Source of the DNA: Saccharolobus solfataricus
GTDB taxonomy: Archaea; Thermoproteota; Thermoprotei_A; Sulfolobales; Sulfolobaceae
Assembly: GCF_900079115.1 (NCBI RefSeq)
Contig: NZ_LT549890.1
Coordinates: 540,001 to 572,000, forward strand
Direction of reading: 5' to 3'
DNA: 32,000 nucleotides
The translations under genes were made by a program, and so were the position numbers. This document shows positions 8,440-17,026 of this stretch, piece by piece. How positions within the stretch are numbered: the first letter of the stretch is position 1; each line of letters starts with the position of its first letter. The notes under the pieces were generated by a model. It was not told the origin of the DNA and searched no databases. It saw nothing but the letters and a program-made list of their open reading frames with translations.

Positions 8440-9110
8440 TTGCAATAATTAAGTTCCCAGGGACTACTTGCGAAACTGATGTCTATAAGGCATTAATAGA
8501 GGCTGGAGTTCCCACAGTGATAGTAAAGTACAAGGACTTCGATCCAGATAGATATAATGGAGTAATTTTACCAGGGGGATTTAGCTTTGGAGACTATCTA
8601 AGGGCTGGAAGTATCGCAGCTAGTACGGAAACTATGAAAAAAGTCAAGCAAATGGCAGAGGATGGAAAAATAGTAATTGGAATATGTAATGGTTTCCAGA
8701 TCCTTGTGGAAAGCGGGCTTTTAAAAGGAGCATTGCTTCCTAATTTAAAATTAAGATTTATCTCGAAGTGGGTTTACCTTAAGGTAATTAGGGCTGACAC
8801 AATTCTAACCAAAGGATTAGATAAGAAAATAATAAGAATGCCCATAGCACATGCGGAAGGTCGATATTATGTGGATGATATAGATTATGCAAAGACACAT
8901 ATGGTTCTCCAATACTGTGATGAGAATGGAAATATTAGTGAAGATGTCAATCCAAATGGATCATTACTTAATATAGCCTCAATAGCTAACGAGGAAGGGA
9001 ATGTAATAGGAATGATGCCACATCCAGAAAGGGCTTCCTTTAAACTGACTTCAATTGACGGAACTGTTGACGGGTTAATTCTTTTGAGGAGGTTAGGAGA
9101 ATGGGCATAA
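8436..9110 (+). CDS. purQ: FGAM synthase glutaminase subunit
   Basis: 224 aa. Class I GATase nucleophile GICNGFQ and the HPE motif (MMPHPERA). Confidence 0.93.
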   Translation: MIAIIKFPGTTCETDVYKALIEAGVPTVIVKYKDFDPDRYNGVILPGGFSFGDYLRAGSIAASTETMKKVKQMAEDGKIVIGICNGFQILVESGLLKGALLPNLKLRFISKWVYLKVIRADTILTKGLDKKIIRMPIAHAEGRYYVDDIDYAKTHMVLQYCDENGNISEDVNPNGSLLNIASIANEEGNVIGMMPHPERASFKLTSIDGTVDGLILLRRLGEWA

Positions 9111-11230
9111 ATCTTCTCCCTATAGAGATGGACGAGATTCGAAAAAGACTAGGTAGAGAACCTAATGAGACCGAATGGAGAGTTATTGATGCAGTATGGT
9201 CAGAGCATTGCTCTTATAAATCATCTAAAATCTTCTTAAAGAGCTTTTCCATAGATAGTCCTAATGTTATAATGGGCATAAAAGACTGGCAAGATGCTGG
9301 AGCGGTAGATATAGGAGATGGATGGGCAGTAGTAATAAAGGTTGAAAGCCATAACCATCCTTCTGCCATTGATCCATTCAATGGTGCTGCAACTGGTGTA
9401 GGAGGAATAATAAGGGACATTATTAGCAAGGGGGCAAAGCCAATTGCACTTATGGACATGATAAGGGTTGGAAATCTGAAAATAAAGAAAAACGTATGGT
9501 TGCTTAAGAACATAATTGCAGGGATTGCGGCTTATGGCAATAGTATTGGAGTCCCGGTAGTTGGTGGAGAATTATCATTCGATGATACATATAATGATAA
9601 TCCGCTAGTAGATGTAGCAGCGATCGGAATAGTTAGAAAAGACAAGATAAAACCAAGTATTGTAGATAAAGCGGGACTTAAATTAGTGTTAGCTGGACTA
9701 ACCGGAGTTGATGGTTTAGGCGGAGCTTCATTTGCGTCTAGAAAGTTAAGTGGTGAAGACGAAATTGGAGCAGTACAGATAGCTGATCCTTTTGCTGGGA
9801 AAATTATATTGGATGTAACCTTAGAAATCGCTGATAAAGTAGAGGCTATTAAAGACTTAGGTGGTGGAGGGCTAGCAGTTGCTGTAACTGAGATAACAAA
9901 CGGACTTGGTGCTACAGTAGATATAGAGAAAATTCCATTACGTGTAAAAAATATGAATCCGTCAGATGTAATCATATCTGAAACACAAGAGAGAATGTTA
10001 TATGCAGTGGAGGAGAAAAACGTTAAGGAAGTTTGCGAAGCTTTTGAAGAATACGAATACCCTTGCAGTGTAATAGGTGAGATAACTAATGAACCAGTAA
10101 TTAAGTTTAGATATATTGGTAAAGATCTCGTCTCCCTACCCACAAACGTATTATTAAACCCGCCGAGGTTTTTATGGCCAATAAAAAACACTAAGAAAAA
10201 TGTTGAAGAGAAAATTGTTGATTTACCGTTAGAAAGTGCAATTTATACTGTATTAACACATCCAGATTTAGTAAGTAAAGGATGGGCCTATTCACAGTTT
10301 GATTATGAAGTAAATACCTCAACAGTAGTTAAACCCGGTGATGCTGATAGTGCAGTAGTCTCGCTTCCTAATGGTAAGTTATTGGCGATAAAAGCGGATG
10401 CAAATCCTGACATGTGCGCTGAGGATGGATATGAGTGCGGAAAAGGAATAGTAGCAGAGGCCTATAGGAATTTAGCTACAGTAGGGGCTAGAGGAATGGT
10501 AGCAGTTGATCATTTACAGTTTGGGGATCCAAAGAAGGCAGAAGTTTACTATACTTTCGTAGAAGCAATAAGAGGTATAGGAGAGGCTACTAGATTCTTT
10601 AACATACCTATTGTTGGTGGGAAAGTTTCATTTTATAATGAAAATAATCAAGGAAGACCAATAAAGCCAACACCTTTAATAGTTATGGCAGGGTTAGTTC
10701 AAGATAAATTACTTAAAAATAGAGTGGAAGACAACTTATACGTTGTATCAGTAGGGTATACGCGAAAAGAATTAGGGGGATCATTATTATCAAAGATATT
10801 TAAGATACCTAGTCAAGCTCCTAAAGTAAGATTACAAGAGGATCTGTTATCTTCTGAGGTAGTAATTGATTCTATAAATGAGGGGAAAATTACATTTGCG
10901 AAAGATGTAAGTAGAGGTGGCCTAGCGGCATCTCTTTTTAGCATACTAGTTCATGGATATGGAGTAGAAATCAGTACTAAGAGTATTTTAAGCGATACTG
11001 ACAATGTTATAGAGAATCTATTCTCTGAAAGTAGTGGACGTTTCATAGTCTTAACTAATGAACCAGAATGGATAGTTGAAAAGAGTAAGAGTAAAGGTAT
11101 TGTAGCATCTATAATAGGAAGGGTCAATAAAAAAACTAATATTTTAACTATTGATAATATAGATTATAATCTTAAAAATATAGTTGATAATTACTTTAAT
11201 TTTCTAGAAGAGGTAATGGGTAATGGATAG
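9101..11230 (+). CDS. purL: FGAM synthase II (synthetase subunit)
   Basis: 709 aa. VESHNHPSAIDPFNGAATGVGG signature. Duplicated PurM-like domains. Confidence 0.95.
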   Translation: MGINLLPIEMDEIRKRLGREPNETEWRVIDAVWSEHCSYKSSKIFLKSFSIDSPNVIMGIKDWQDAGAVDIGDGWAVVIKVESHNHPSAIDPFNGAATGVGGIIRDIISKGAKPIALMDMIRVGNLKIKKNVWLLKNIIAGIAAYGNSIGVPVVGGELSFDDTYNDNPLVDVAAIGIVRKDKIKPSIVDKAGLKLVLAGLTGVDGLGGASFASRKLSGEDEIGAVQIADPFAGKIILDVTLEIADKVEAIKDLGGGGLAVAVTEITNGLGATVDIEKIPLRVKNMNPSDVIISETQERMLYAVEEKNVKEVCEAFEEYEYPCSVIGEITNEPVIKFRYIGKDLVSLPTNVLLNPPRFLWPIKNTKKNVEEKIVDLPLESAIYTVLTHPDLVSKGWAYSQFDYEVNTSTVVKPGDADSAVVSLPNGKLLAIKADANPDMCAEDGYECGKGIVAEAYRNLATVGARGMVAVDHLQFGDPKKAEVYYTFVEAIRGIGEATRFFNIPIVGGKVSFYNENNQGRPIKPTPLIVMAGLVQDKLLKNRVEDNLYVVSVGYTRKELGGSLLSKIFKIPSQAPKVRLQEDLLSSEVVIDSINEGKITFAKDVSRGGLAASLFSILVHGYGVEISTKSILSDTDNVIENLFSESSGRFIVLTNEPEWIVEKSKSKGIVASIIGRVNKKTNILTIDNIDYNLKNIVDNYFNFLEEVMGNG

Positions 11231-12575
11231 CATACGTGATAAATGTGGAGTCTTTGCTGTATCTAGCCCTAAAGAAGTAAATATTCAACTGGTAGTAGAG
11301 GGAATTAGACTACTTCAGCATAGGGGTCAAGAATCTGCAGGAATCGCATATGCTGAGAATGGGGAAATATTGACGATTAAGGGATCTGGACTTGTAGACG
11401 AAGTATTTAAGGAAAATCTTAATAAATTTATAAAAAATGGAATAGGTCATGTAAGATATTCAACAAGTGGAAAAAGCTCAATTGAAGAAGCACAGCCTTT
11501 AGGCGACTCAAAAATAGTCGTGGCGTTCAATGGGACAATAAGCAACTATTACCAGTTTGGATCATTTAGGGTAGATACTGAATTTATATATAAGTTCTTT
11601 AAGCAAAAATTGGCCTTTCGCTCTATCCCTGATACTGTAAAGGAATTTATGAAAGTTGTCGATGGTGGATACTCTGTAGCTATTCTTTTGAATGATGAAG
11701 AGATTGTAGTATTTAGAGATCCTAAAGGATTTCATCCAGTTGTATTAGGATTTTTAGAAGGATCATTAATAGTTTCCTCGGAGGATTCCGTTATTAGACA
11801 ACTAGGTGGGAGCGTTTTGAAACATATTCTACCAAGCGAAATGATAATTATGAAAAATGGCAAAATATTATATGACAAAGTAATCTATGAGGAGAAAAAT
11901 TACGCTACTTGTTCCTTCGAATATATATACTTTGCAAGACCAGATTCCAATATAGATGGGCATTCAGTTTACTTAGCTAGGATAAGGTTAGGTGAATTAT
12001 TAGCAGAAAAACACCCAGCTAACGGAGATATTGTAGTTCCAGTGCCGGACTCATCAAGGCCAATAGCGCTGGGCTTTTCTAGAAAAAGTCACATACCTTT
12101 AGAGGAACCTCTAGTTAGAACAATTTCCTCTGTAAGGTCCTTCATAATGCCAACTCAAGATAAGAGAAATGAGGTATTAGAAGAGAAATTTGGAGTGGTT
12201 GCAGATGCAGTAAGGGGGAAAAGAATAGTTTTAATAGACGACTCAATAGTTAGGGGAAATACTATGAAGAGAATAATAACTATGTTACGTAAAGCCGGCG
12301 CCAAAGAAATTCATGTACGTATAGGATCACCTATGATAAAATACCCTTGTTATATGGGAATAGACTTTCCTAAAAGAGAAGAGTTGATTGCGCATAATAA
12401 ATCTGAAAAAGAAATAGGAAATGAGCTGAACGCTGATTCTATTGAATTTCTAAGTGTCGAAGAGATGTTACAAGGAATAGGTAGAAGAGACTTATGCAAT
12501 GCATGCTTTTCTGGGATTTATCCTCTCAAATTTAACTATAATTCTACAGAGTTAGAAAGAATATTTGGGAAGTGA
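11223..12575 (+). CDS. purF: Amidophosphoribosyltransferase (canonical; N-terminal propeptide then Cys nucleophile)
   Basis: MDSIRDK|CGVFAV with LLQHRGQESAGIA, HVRYSTSG and FNGTISN (Ntn glutaminase residues). PRTase loop VLIDDSIVRGNT. Cys residues in positions typical of the 4Fe-4S ligands (ATCSFEYIYF, YPCYMG, CNAC). Confidence 0.93.
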   Translation: MDSIRDKCGVFAVSSPKEVNIQLVVEGIRLLQHRGQESAGIAYAENGEILTIKGSGLVDEVFKENLNKFIKNGIGHVRYSTSGKSSIEEAQPLGDSKIVVAFNGTISNYYQFGSFRVDTEFIYKFFKQKLAFRSIPDTVKEFMKVVDGGYSVAILLNDEEIVVFRDPKGFHPVVLGFLEGSLIVSSEDSVIRQLGGSVLKHILPSEMIIMKNGKILYDKVIYEEKNYATCSFEYIYFARPDSNIDGHSVYLARIRLGELLAEKHPANGDIVVPVPDSSRPIALGFSRKSHIPLEEPLVRTISSVRSFIMPTQDKRNEVLEEKFGVVADAVRGKRIVLIDDSIVRGNTMKRIITMLRKAGAKEIHVRIGSPMIKYPCYMGIDFPKREELIAHNKSEKEIGNELNADSIEFLSVEEMLQGIGRRDLCNACFSGIYPLKFNYNSTELERIFGK

Positions 12576-13786
12576 TATTAATGGCTGGAATACTAGGTAT
12601 ATTAGCGTTCGATGATGTATGGAATGTATCTAGATTTTTATATTATGGTCTAATAGGCTTGCAACATAGAGGATATTCTAAAAGTGGAATAGCAATATTG
12701 AACAAGCAGAGGAATATATTTACTAAACTAGAGAACGTAGCGCCTGAGGATTTAGAAATTAAAGACTTGAATGGATGGGCTGGAATAGGTTATGCTGGAA
12801 TCAGAAATAGTTATCCCATAACAATAGATAATGGTGCTATAGTCGTTGATGGGATGATAGATGATAACAATGTTCTTAACCATGTCATAAGAGAGCCAGA
12901 AAATGCAATAGATGATATTAAAAAGCCGATCTCGTTCATAGCCATTAGTAAAGACGGCCAGTTAATAGCCTATAGAGACGAACTAGGACTTAAGCCGTTA
13001 AGCATAGGTGGATTTGGATTCGATTTAGCAGTTATTTCCTCCGAACCAACGTCAATGTTTGTAATAGGGGCTGAGTTCAAAAGGGAAATTAATCCGGGAG
13101 AGTTAGTGATCGTTGACAAATATCATATTGAATCCAAACAGGTGAGAATACCTAGAAAATCGTATTGTACTATAGAGTACGTATACCAAGCTAGAATAGA
13201 CAGTATGATCAACGAAAGAGAAATCTATGACCTAAGAGTGAAAATAGGGGAAGAATTAGCCTTAGAATATCCAATAAATGCTGATTCAGTAATAGGAGTT
13301 CCAGAAACCGCATTACCTTTCGCAATAGGCTATTCCAAGAAATTAAATATACCATTAGACTTAGGCTTTACGAGGACAGGGAGCCCAATAAGGACAATGT
13401 TATCTTCTGATGCTTTCCTAAAAATAGTTGGGGTCCAACTTAAGCTAAACCCAATAAAAAGTGCAGTAAAAGGAAAGAGAATAATTCTAATAGATGATTC
13501 TATGGTCACCGGAACTACCCTTAAAAACACTATATTTAACTTGAGAAAATTGGGCGCAAAGGAAATCCACGTGCTGATAGGAAGCCCTAAATTAGTCTCA
13601 CAATGTCCGTACGGAGTTGAAGTCCCCGACGAAAAAGAATTGATCTCAGCTAATCTTAACGACGAAACTATAGCGAGGGTTTTAGGTGCAGACTCTATAC
13701 ACTGGTTAAGCATAGAAGGATTGTTCAAAGCCATTGGGCATAGGGATCTCTGCTTAGGATGTATGACTAAAAAATATCCATGGTGA
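12572..13786 (+). CDS. PurF paralogue with a degenerate glutaminase domain (Cys1 replaced by Ala) and an intact PRTase domain
   Basis: The N-terminus M(ILM)AGILGI aligns to CGVFAV. VVDGMIDD stands in place of FNGTISN. It retains LQHRG, RIILIDDSMVTGTT and the Cys pattern (YCTIEYVY, QCPYG, CLGC). Its GTGA start overlaps the purF stop, and an alternative ATG lies at 12581. Confidence 0.8.
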   Translation: MILMAGILGILAFDDVWNVSRFLYYGLIGLQHRGYSKSGIAILNKQRNIFTKLENVAPEDLEIKDLNGWAGIGYAGIRNSYPITIDNGAIVVDGMIDDNNVLNHVIREPENAIDDIKKPISFIAISKDGQLIAYRDELGLKPLSIGGFGFDLAVISSEPTSMFVIGAEFKREINPGELVIVDKYHIESKQVRIPRKSYCTIEYVYQARIDSMINEREIYDLRVKIGEELALEYPINADSVIGVPETALPFAIGYSKKLNIPLDLGFTRTGSPIRTMLSSDAFLKIVGVQLKLNPIKSAVKGKRIILIDDSMVTGTTLKNTIFNLRKLGAKEIHVLIGSPKLVSQCPYGVEVPDEKELISANLNDETIARVLGADSIHWLSIEGLFKAIGHRDLCLGCMTKKYPW

Positions 13787-15231
13787 GAAAAATGAAAGTA
13801 TTACTCGTTGGAGATGGAGCTAGAGAAAACGTTCTAGCCTATTCGTTGGCAAGATCATCTAAAGGTTACAAGATTTACGCACTATCGTCATATATAAATC
13901 CCGGGATTAATTCAATAGTGAAAACCACTGGTGCAGAGTATTTTATAGGTAACGTAAACTCCCCAGAAGTTATTAAGGAGGTAATTAAGAAAGTAAACCC
14001 AGATTTAGGCGTAATTGGACCAGAAGATCCCTTATTCAACGGAATTGCGGACATTTTTAGAAAAGAGGGAATATCGGTATTCGGGGCTAGCAAAAAGTGT
14101 GCAAGGATAGAGGAGTCTAAGGCATGGGCAAGAGAGTTAATGTGGAAACATTCTATTCCAGGAAGATTAAGATATAAGGTATTTTACACAATAGAAGATA
14201 CTGCAAAGTTCATATTAGAATATGGCGGATCAGTCGCAATAAAACCTGCTGGGCAAGCTGGAGGAAAAGGGGTTAAGGTAATAGCTGATCTAGAGGCTTA
14301 TTTAACCCATGATAAGAGAGAGGCACTGACAAAAAGCGTGAATGAAATAGGGAGTCTATACAATAAGGAAGGTGAGCCGAGAATTATAATAGAGGAGAAA
14401 GTTGATGGACCAGAATACACACTTCATGTTTTAAGTGATGGGAAAACAACTATCTCCTTACCTTTGGCTCAAGATTATAAGAACGCGTATCAAGACGGAA
14501 TAGGTCCAGAGACTGGAGGAATGGGATCAATTTCTGGACCTAACGAATTGCTTCCATTTATCAGCAATGAAGAGTATCAAACAACTTATGATATAGTTAA
14601 AAGGACTATGGATGCGATATACAAGGAGACTGGAGAGAGATACGTAGGAGTTATTGCAGGACAAATGATGTTAACTGAACTTTGGGGACCTACAGTAATT
14701 GAGTATTATTCAAGATTTGGTGATCCAGAAGCTTCCGCCATAATTCCAAGATTAGAATCTGATTTTGGAGAGACAATTGAGCTCACAGCTACTGGACATT
14801 TGAATAAAGCTAGTATAAAAATAAACGAGAAACCTTCTATAGTCAGAGCTGTTGCTACATTAGGATACCCTATCTCAAAACAAATGGCATCTGGGCATAA
14901 GATTGTAGTAGATTTAGAAAAGATGAAAGAGCGCGGATGCGTGGTATTTTTTGGATCTGTAGCATTAGAGGGAATGCAACTTATAACTAAAGGCTCTAGA
15001 GCTTTAGAAATAGTTGCAATAGGAGATTTCGAAGAAGCTGCTGAGAACTTAGACAGATGTATGCAATATATTAGCAGTGATACTAAATTGATATATAGGA
15101 CTGATATTGGGAGGACAGTTAAATCTCAAATTGAAAAGGCTGAAATCATAAGATATTCTTATAAAAATAGAGAAAAAAGAGGGATTCTTGGAGTTTCTGC
15201 AGATTGGTCTCCTAATGGTGGGTTATGGTGA
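13780..15231 (+). CDS. purD: Phosphoribosylamine-glycine ligase (GAR synthetase)
   Basis: 483 aa. MKVLLVGDGARE N-terminus (alternative start 13792). ATP-grasp AIKPAGQAGGKGV. C-terminal YRTDIG, followed by a ~40-aa tail. Confidence 0.92.
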   Translation: MVRKMKVLLVGDGARENVLAYSLARSSKGYKIYALSSYINPGINSIVKTTGAEYFIGNVNSPEVIKEVIKKVNPDLGVIGPEDPLFNGIADIFRKEGISVFGASKKCARIEESKAWARELMWKHSIPGRLRYKVFYTIEDTAKFILEYGGSVAIKPAGQAGGKGVKVIADLEAYLTHDKREALTKSVNEIGSLYNKEGEPRIIIEEKVDGPEYTLHVLSDGKTTISLPLAQDYKNAYQDGIGPETGGMGSISGPNELLPFISNEEYQTTYDIVKRTMDAIYKETGERYVGVIAGQMMLTELWGPTVIEYYSRFGDPEASAIIPRLESDFGETIELTATGHLNKASIKINEKPSIVRAVATLGYPISKQMASGHKIVVDLEKMKERGCVVFFGSVALEGMQLITKGSRALEIVAIGDFEEAAENLDRCMQYISSDTKLIYRTDIGRTVKSQIEKAEIIRYSYKNREKRGILGVSADWSPNGGLW

Positions 15232-16196
15232 GTGAGGAGTATAAAAAAGCAGGAGTTGATTTAGAAAAATTACGTAATTATCATAATATGATTTCTCAAA
15301 TAATCTCATCTACTTATAAAAATACTATTATAGGAGCGGGACATTATTCTGGAGTAATAAAAATAGGTAGTCTTAACATAGCGATGCATACTGATGGCGT
15401 AGGAACAAAGACTTTTCTAGCATTGCAAACTAGAATAATAAAGCCCGTAGGAATAGACTGCGTTGCCATGAATGTTAATGATCTGATATGTGTTGGAGCA
15501 AAACCAGTTGCCTTAGTGGATTATATTGCGTTAGAAAGGCCGATGGATAATGTGGTAAATGAGATCATTGATGGTATTGTTCAGGGTGCTAAAGAGGCTG
15601 ATGTTGAGGTTATTGGTGGAGAGACTGCTATTATGCCTGATGTGATTAGAGGATTTGATCTTTCTTGTACTGCAATAGGGGTTGTAGATAAACTGAAAAC
15701 GGGCGCTGAAATAAGGCCAGGAGATTATGTATTGGGACTAGAAAGCAGTGGTATACATGCTAACGGTTATTCCCTAGTTAGAAAATTAATAGAAGAAGGT
15801 AAGCTTTCGCTAGATGAATATAAAAATGAATTGTTAAAACCAACTAAAATTTATGTCAAACCAATTTTGGAAGTTATGAATATGATAAAGGGAGCGGCTC
15901 ACGTAACTGGAGGTGCATTTAGTAAGCTTAAAAGACTTACTAGTTATAAGATTGTCTTAAATATGCCAGATCCACCACAGATTTTTAAGACTATCGAAAA
16001 AGCAGGGGTCGCTCACGAGGAGATGTATAAAGTTTTCAATATGGGTATAGGAATTGTCTTATTTGTTTCAGAAGAACTTATGAAGGAAGTAAAAACAAAA
16101 CTAGAAGGATATGGAACTGTATATGAACTTGGCAGAGTATATAATGGAAATGGAATCACTATAAAGACTTATAAGAACGAAATTCTCAGATTATAG
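15225..16196 (+). CDS. purM: AIR synthase (phosphoribosylformylglycinamidine cyclo-ligase)
   Basis: 323 aa. HTDGVGTKT motif. ATGGTGA overlap with the purD stop. Confidence 0.93.
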   Translation: MVSEEYKKAGVDLEKLRNYHNMISQIISSTYKNTIIGAGHYSGVIKIGSLNIAMHTDGVGTKTFLALQTRIIKPVGIDCVAMNVNDLICVGAKPVALVDYIALERPMDNVVNEIIDGIVQGAKEADVEVIGGETAIMPDVIRGFDLSCTAIGVVDKLKTGAEIRPGDYVLGLESSGIHANGYSLVRKLIEEGKLSLDEYKNELLKPTKIYVKPILEVMNMIKGAAHVTGGAFSKLKRLTSYKIVLNMPDPPQIFKTIEKAGVAHEEMYKVFNMGIGIVLFVSEELMKEVKTKLEGYGTVYELGRVYNGNGITIKTYKNEILRL

Positions 16197-16252
16197 AATT
16201 ATGTATATACCTTTTAAACTCTAAAGAATATAGAGGGTTCCAGTGGCTCTAT

Positions 16253-16708
16253 ATGAAACAAACTGATATAAAGTCTTTAGTAAATTATGTAGCTTTAAAG
16301 ATACTAGGTGGAAGCGACTATCTAATAGAAGCATTAGAAGAGTACTTAGTGAAAGGAGAAGGACCTGCTACAGTAGCCTATAAATATAATATTTCAAAAC
16401 ATCAACTCCGTGGCTATGCCCAGAGGATTATCGAAAAAAGCGGAAGTGAAGGAAAGGCTAAGAAACTCGTACCAATACTTAAAGCTATCTCAGAGGGAAT
16501 CACACCAATAGTCAAAAAGGAAAATGACGGATCATATGAGTGTTCACTGTGTAATATTATCATAGCTAAAGAAGATAGTGAAGAGCATATTAGAAAGTAC
16601 CACAAAGAGATTCTCAATGAAAATATAAATATTATGATGCAAAGACTAGAGAAAATAAAGAAGGATCTGCAACAAAATAAAGCCGTAATATTTACTTCTG
16701 CAAGTTAA
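16253..16708 (+). CDS. Hypothetical DNA-binding-type protein: putative N-terminal HTH plus a C2H2-like zinc-finger motif
   Basis: 151 aa. GPATVAYKYNISKHQLRGYAQRI looks like an HTH. YECSLCNIIIAKEDSEEHIRKYH gives C-x2-C-x11-H-x4-H. Confidence 0.55.
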   Translation: MKQTDIKSLVNYVALKILGGSDYLIEALEEYLVKGEGPATVAYKYNISKHQLRGYAQRIIEKSGSEGKAKKLVPILKAISEGITPIVKKENDGSYECSLCNIIIAKEDSEEHIRKYHKEILNENINIMMQRLEKIKKDLQQNKAVIFTSAS

Positions 16709-16711
16709 TGA

Positions 16712-16717
16712 TTTTTT
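16712..16717 (+). terminator. T6 tract, a possible archaeal intrinsic terminator after the 151-aa ORF
   Basis: TAATGATTTTTTACG: the oligo-T run begins 4 nt after the TAA stop (16706-16708). Confidence 0.35.
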
Positions 16718-16770
16718 ACGTACTATTCGACCTCTTTTTAACAGTTTCCTATTAAGAATTATCACTTAGG

Positions 16771-16780
16771 TTTTTAAAAA
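16771..16780 (+). promoter_or_regulatory. TATA-like box TTTTTAAAAA for the small RHH ORF
   Basis: Centred ~26 nt upstream of ATG 16801, the classic spacing for a leaderless Sulfolobus transcript. Confidence 0.5.
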
Positions 16781-16800
16781 CCGGTAACATTCTATTATAT

Positions 16801-16938
16801 ATGCGAAAAGTCGTAAGTGTAAGACTAAGGGAAGATATACTGAGGGATGTCGATATGTATACTAGAAAACTTGGCCTAAATAGTAGAACTGAGTTCATAA
16901 AACAAGCAATAGAATTCTATATAAAGAATAAGGGCTAA
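16801..16938 (+). CDS. Small ribbon-helix-helix (CopG/Arc/MetJ-like) protein, 45 aa. It is absent from the supplied ORF track.
   Basis: My own translation: MRKVVSVRLREDILRDVDMYTRKLGLNSRTEFIKQAIEFYIKNKG*. The pattern is a basic beta-strand (KVVSVRL), helix 1 (EDILRDVDMYTRKLG), then N-capped helix 2 (SRTEFIKQAIEFYI). There is a good TATA box at -26. Confidence 0.65.
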   Translation: MRKVVSVRLREDILRDVDMYTRKLGLNSRTEFIKQAIEFYIKNKG

Positions 16939-16951
16939 AGGAAACCTTTAA
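16933..16951. repeat. Copy 1 of the exact 19-nt repeat GGCTAAAGGAAACCTTTAA (contains inverted repeat TAAAGG-AAA-CCTTTA)
   Basis: Read directly. It overlaps the stop codon of the RHH ORF, ~50-70 nt upstream of the argG TATA/start region. Confidence 0.9.
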
Positions 16952-16994
16952 CATGCTATTTATCAAGAATCCCTTGTTTTCATGATATCAATTG

Positions 16995-17002
16995 TTTTTA
17001 AG
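16995..17002 (+). promoter_or_regulatory. TATA-like box TTTTTAAG of the argG operon
   Basis: Centred ~28 nt upstream of ATG 17027 ([14 protein letters not shown]). Confidence 0.45.
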
Positions 17003-17026
17003 CTTCTTCTTTACCCTTTTTGTGAA

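Noticed and set aside
9532-10191. 219-aa minus-strand ORF inside purL. Similar antisense ORFs lie inside known genes at 855-1052, 1204-1404, 5718-6089, 8193-8396, 9214-9513, 13330-13734, 13875-14093, 16414-16617, 17389-17580, 18675-18878, 20706-21032, 21188-21436, 21720-22007, 22449-22718, 22803-23162, 23153-23377, 24666-24851, 25700-25951 and 29117-29344.
   Set aside because: All lie fully within, and antisense to, well-supported conserved enzyme genes. Their translations are low-complexity (Ser/Pro/Thr/Ile-rich) with no recognisable motifs and no promoter context. This is the typical shadow-ORF pattern.
16801-16938. Reading the small RHH ORF as the antitoxin of a toxin-antitoxin pair
   Set aside because: No VapC/PIN, RelE, ParE or other toxin-sized ORF lies adjacent on either strand. 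The next gene is argG, which has its own promoter.
16982-17026. 15-codon N-terminal extension of argG, and the analogous 15-codon extension of argH at 18157-18201
   Set aside because: The argG extension ([15 protein letters not shown]) covers its own TATA-like box and precedes the canonical [14 protein letters not shown] start. The argH extension lies inside argG, whereas ATG 18202 forms a standard TGATG stop/start overlap.
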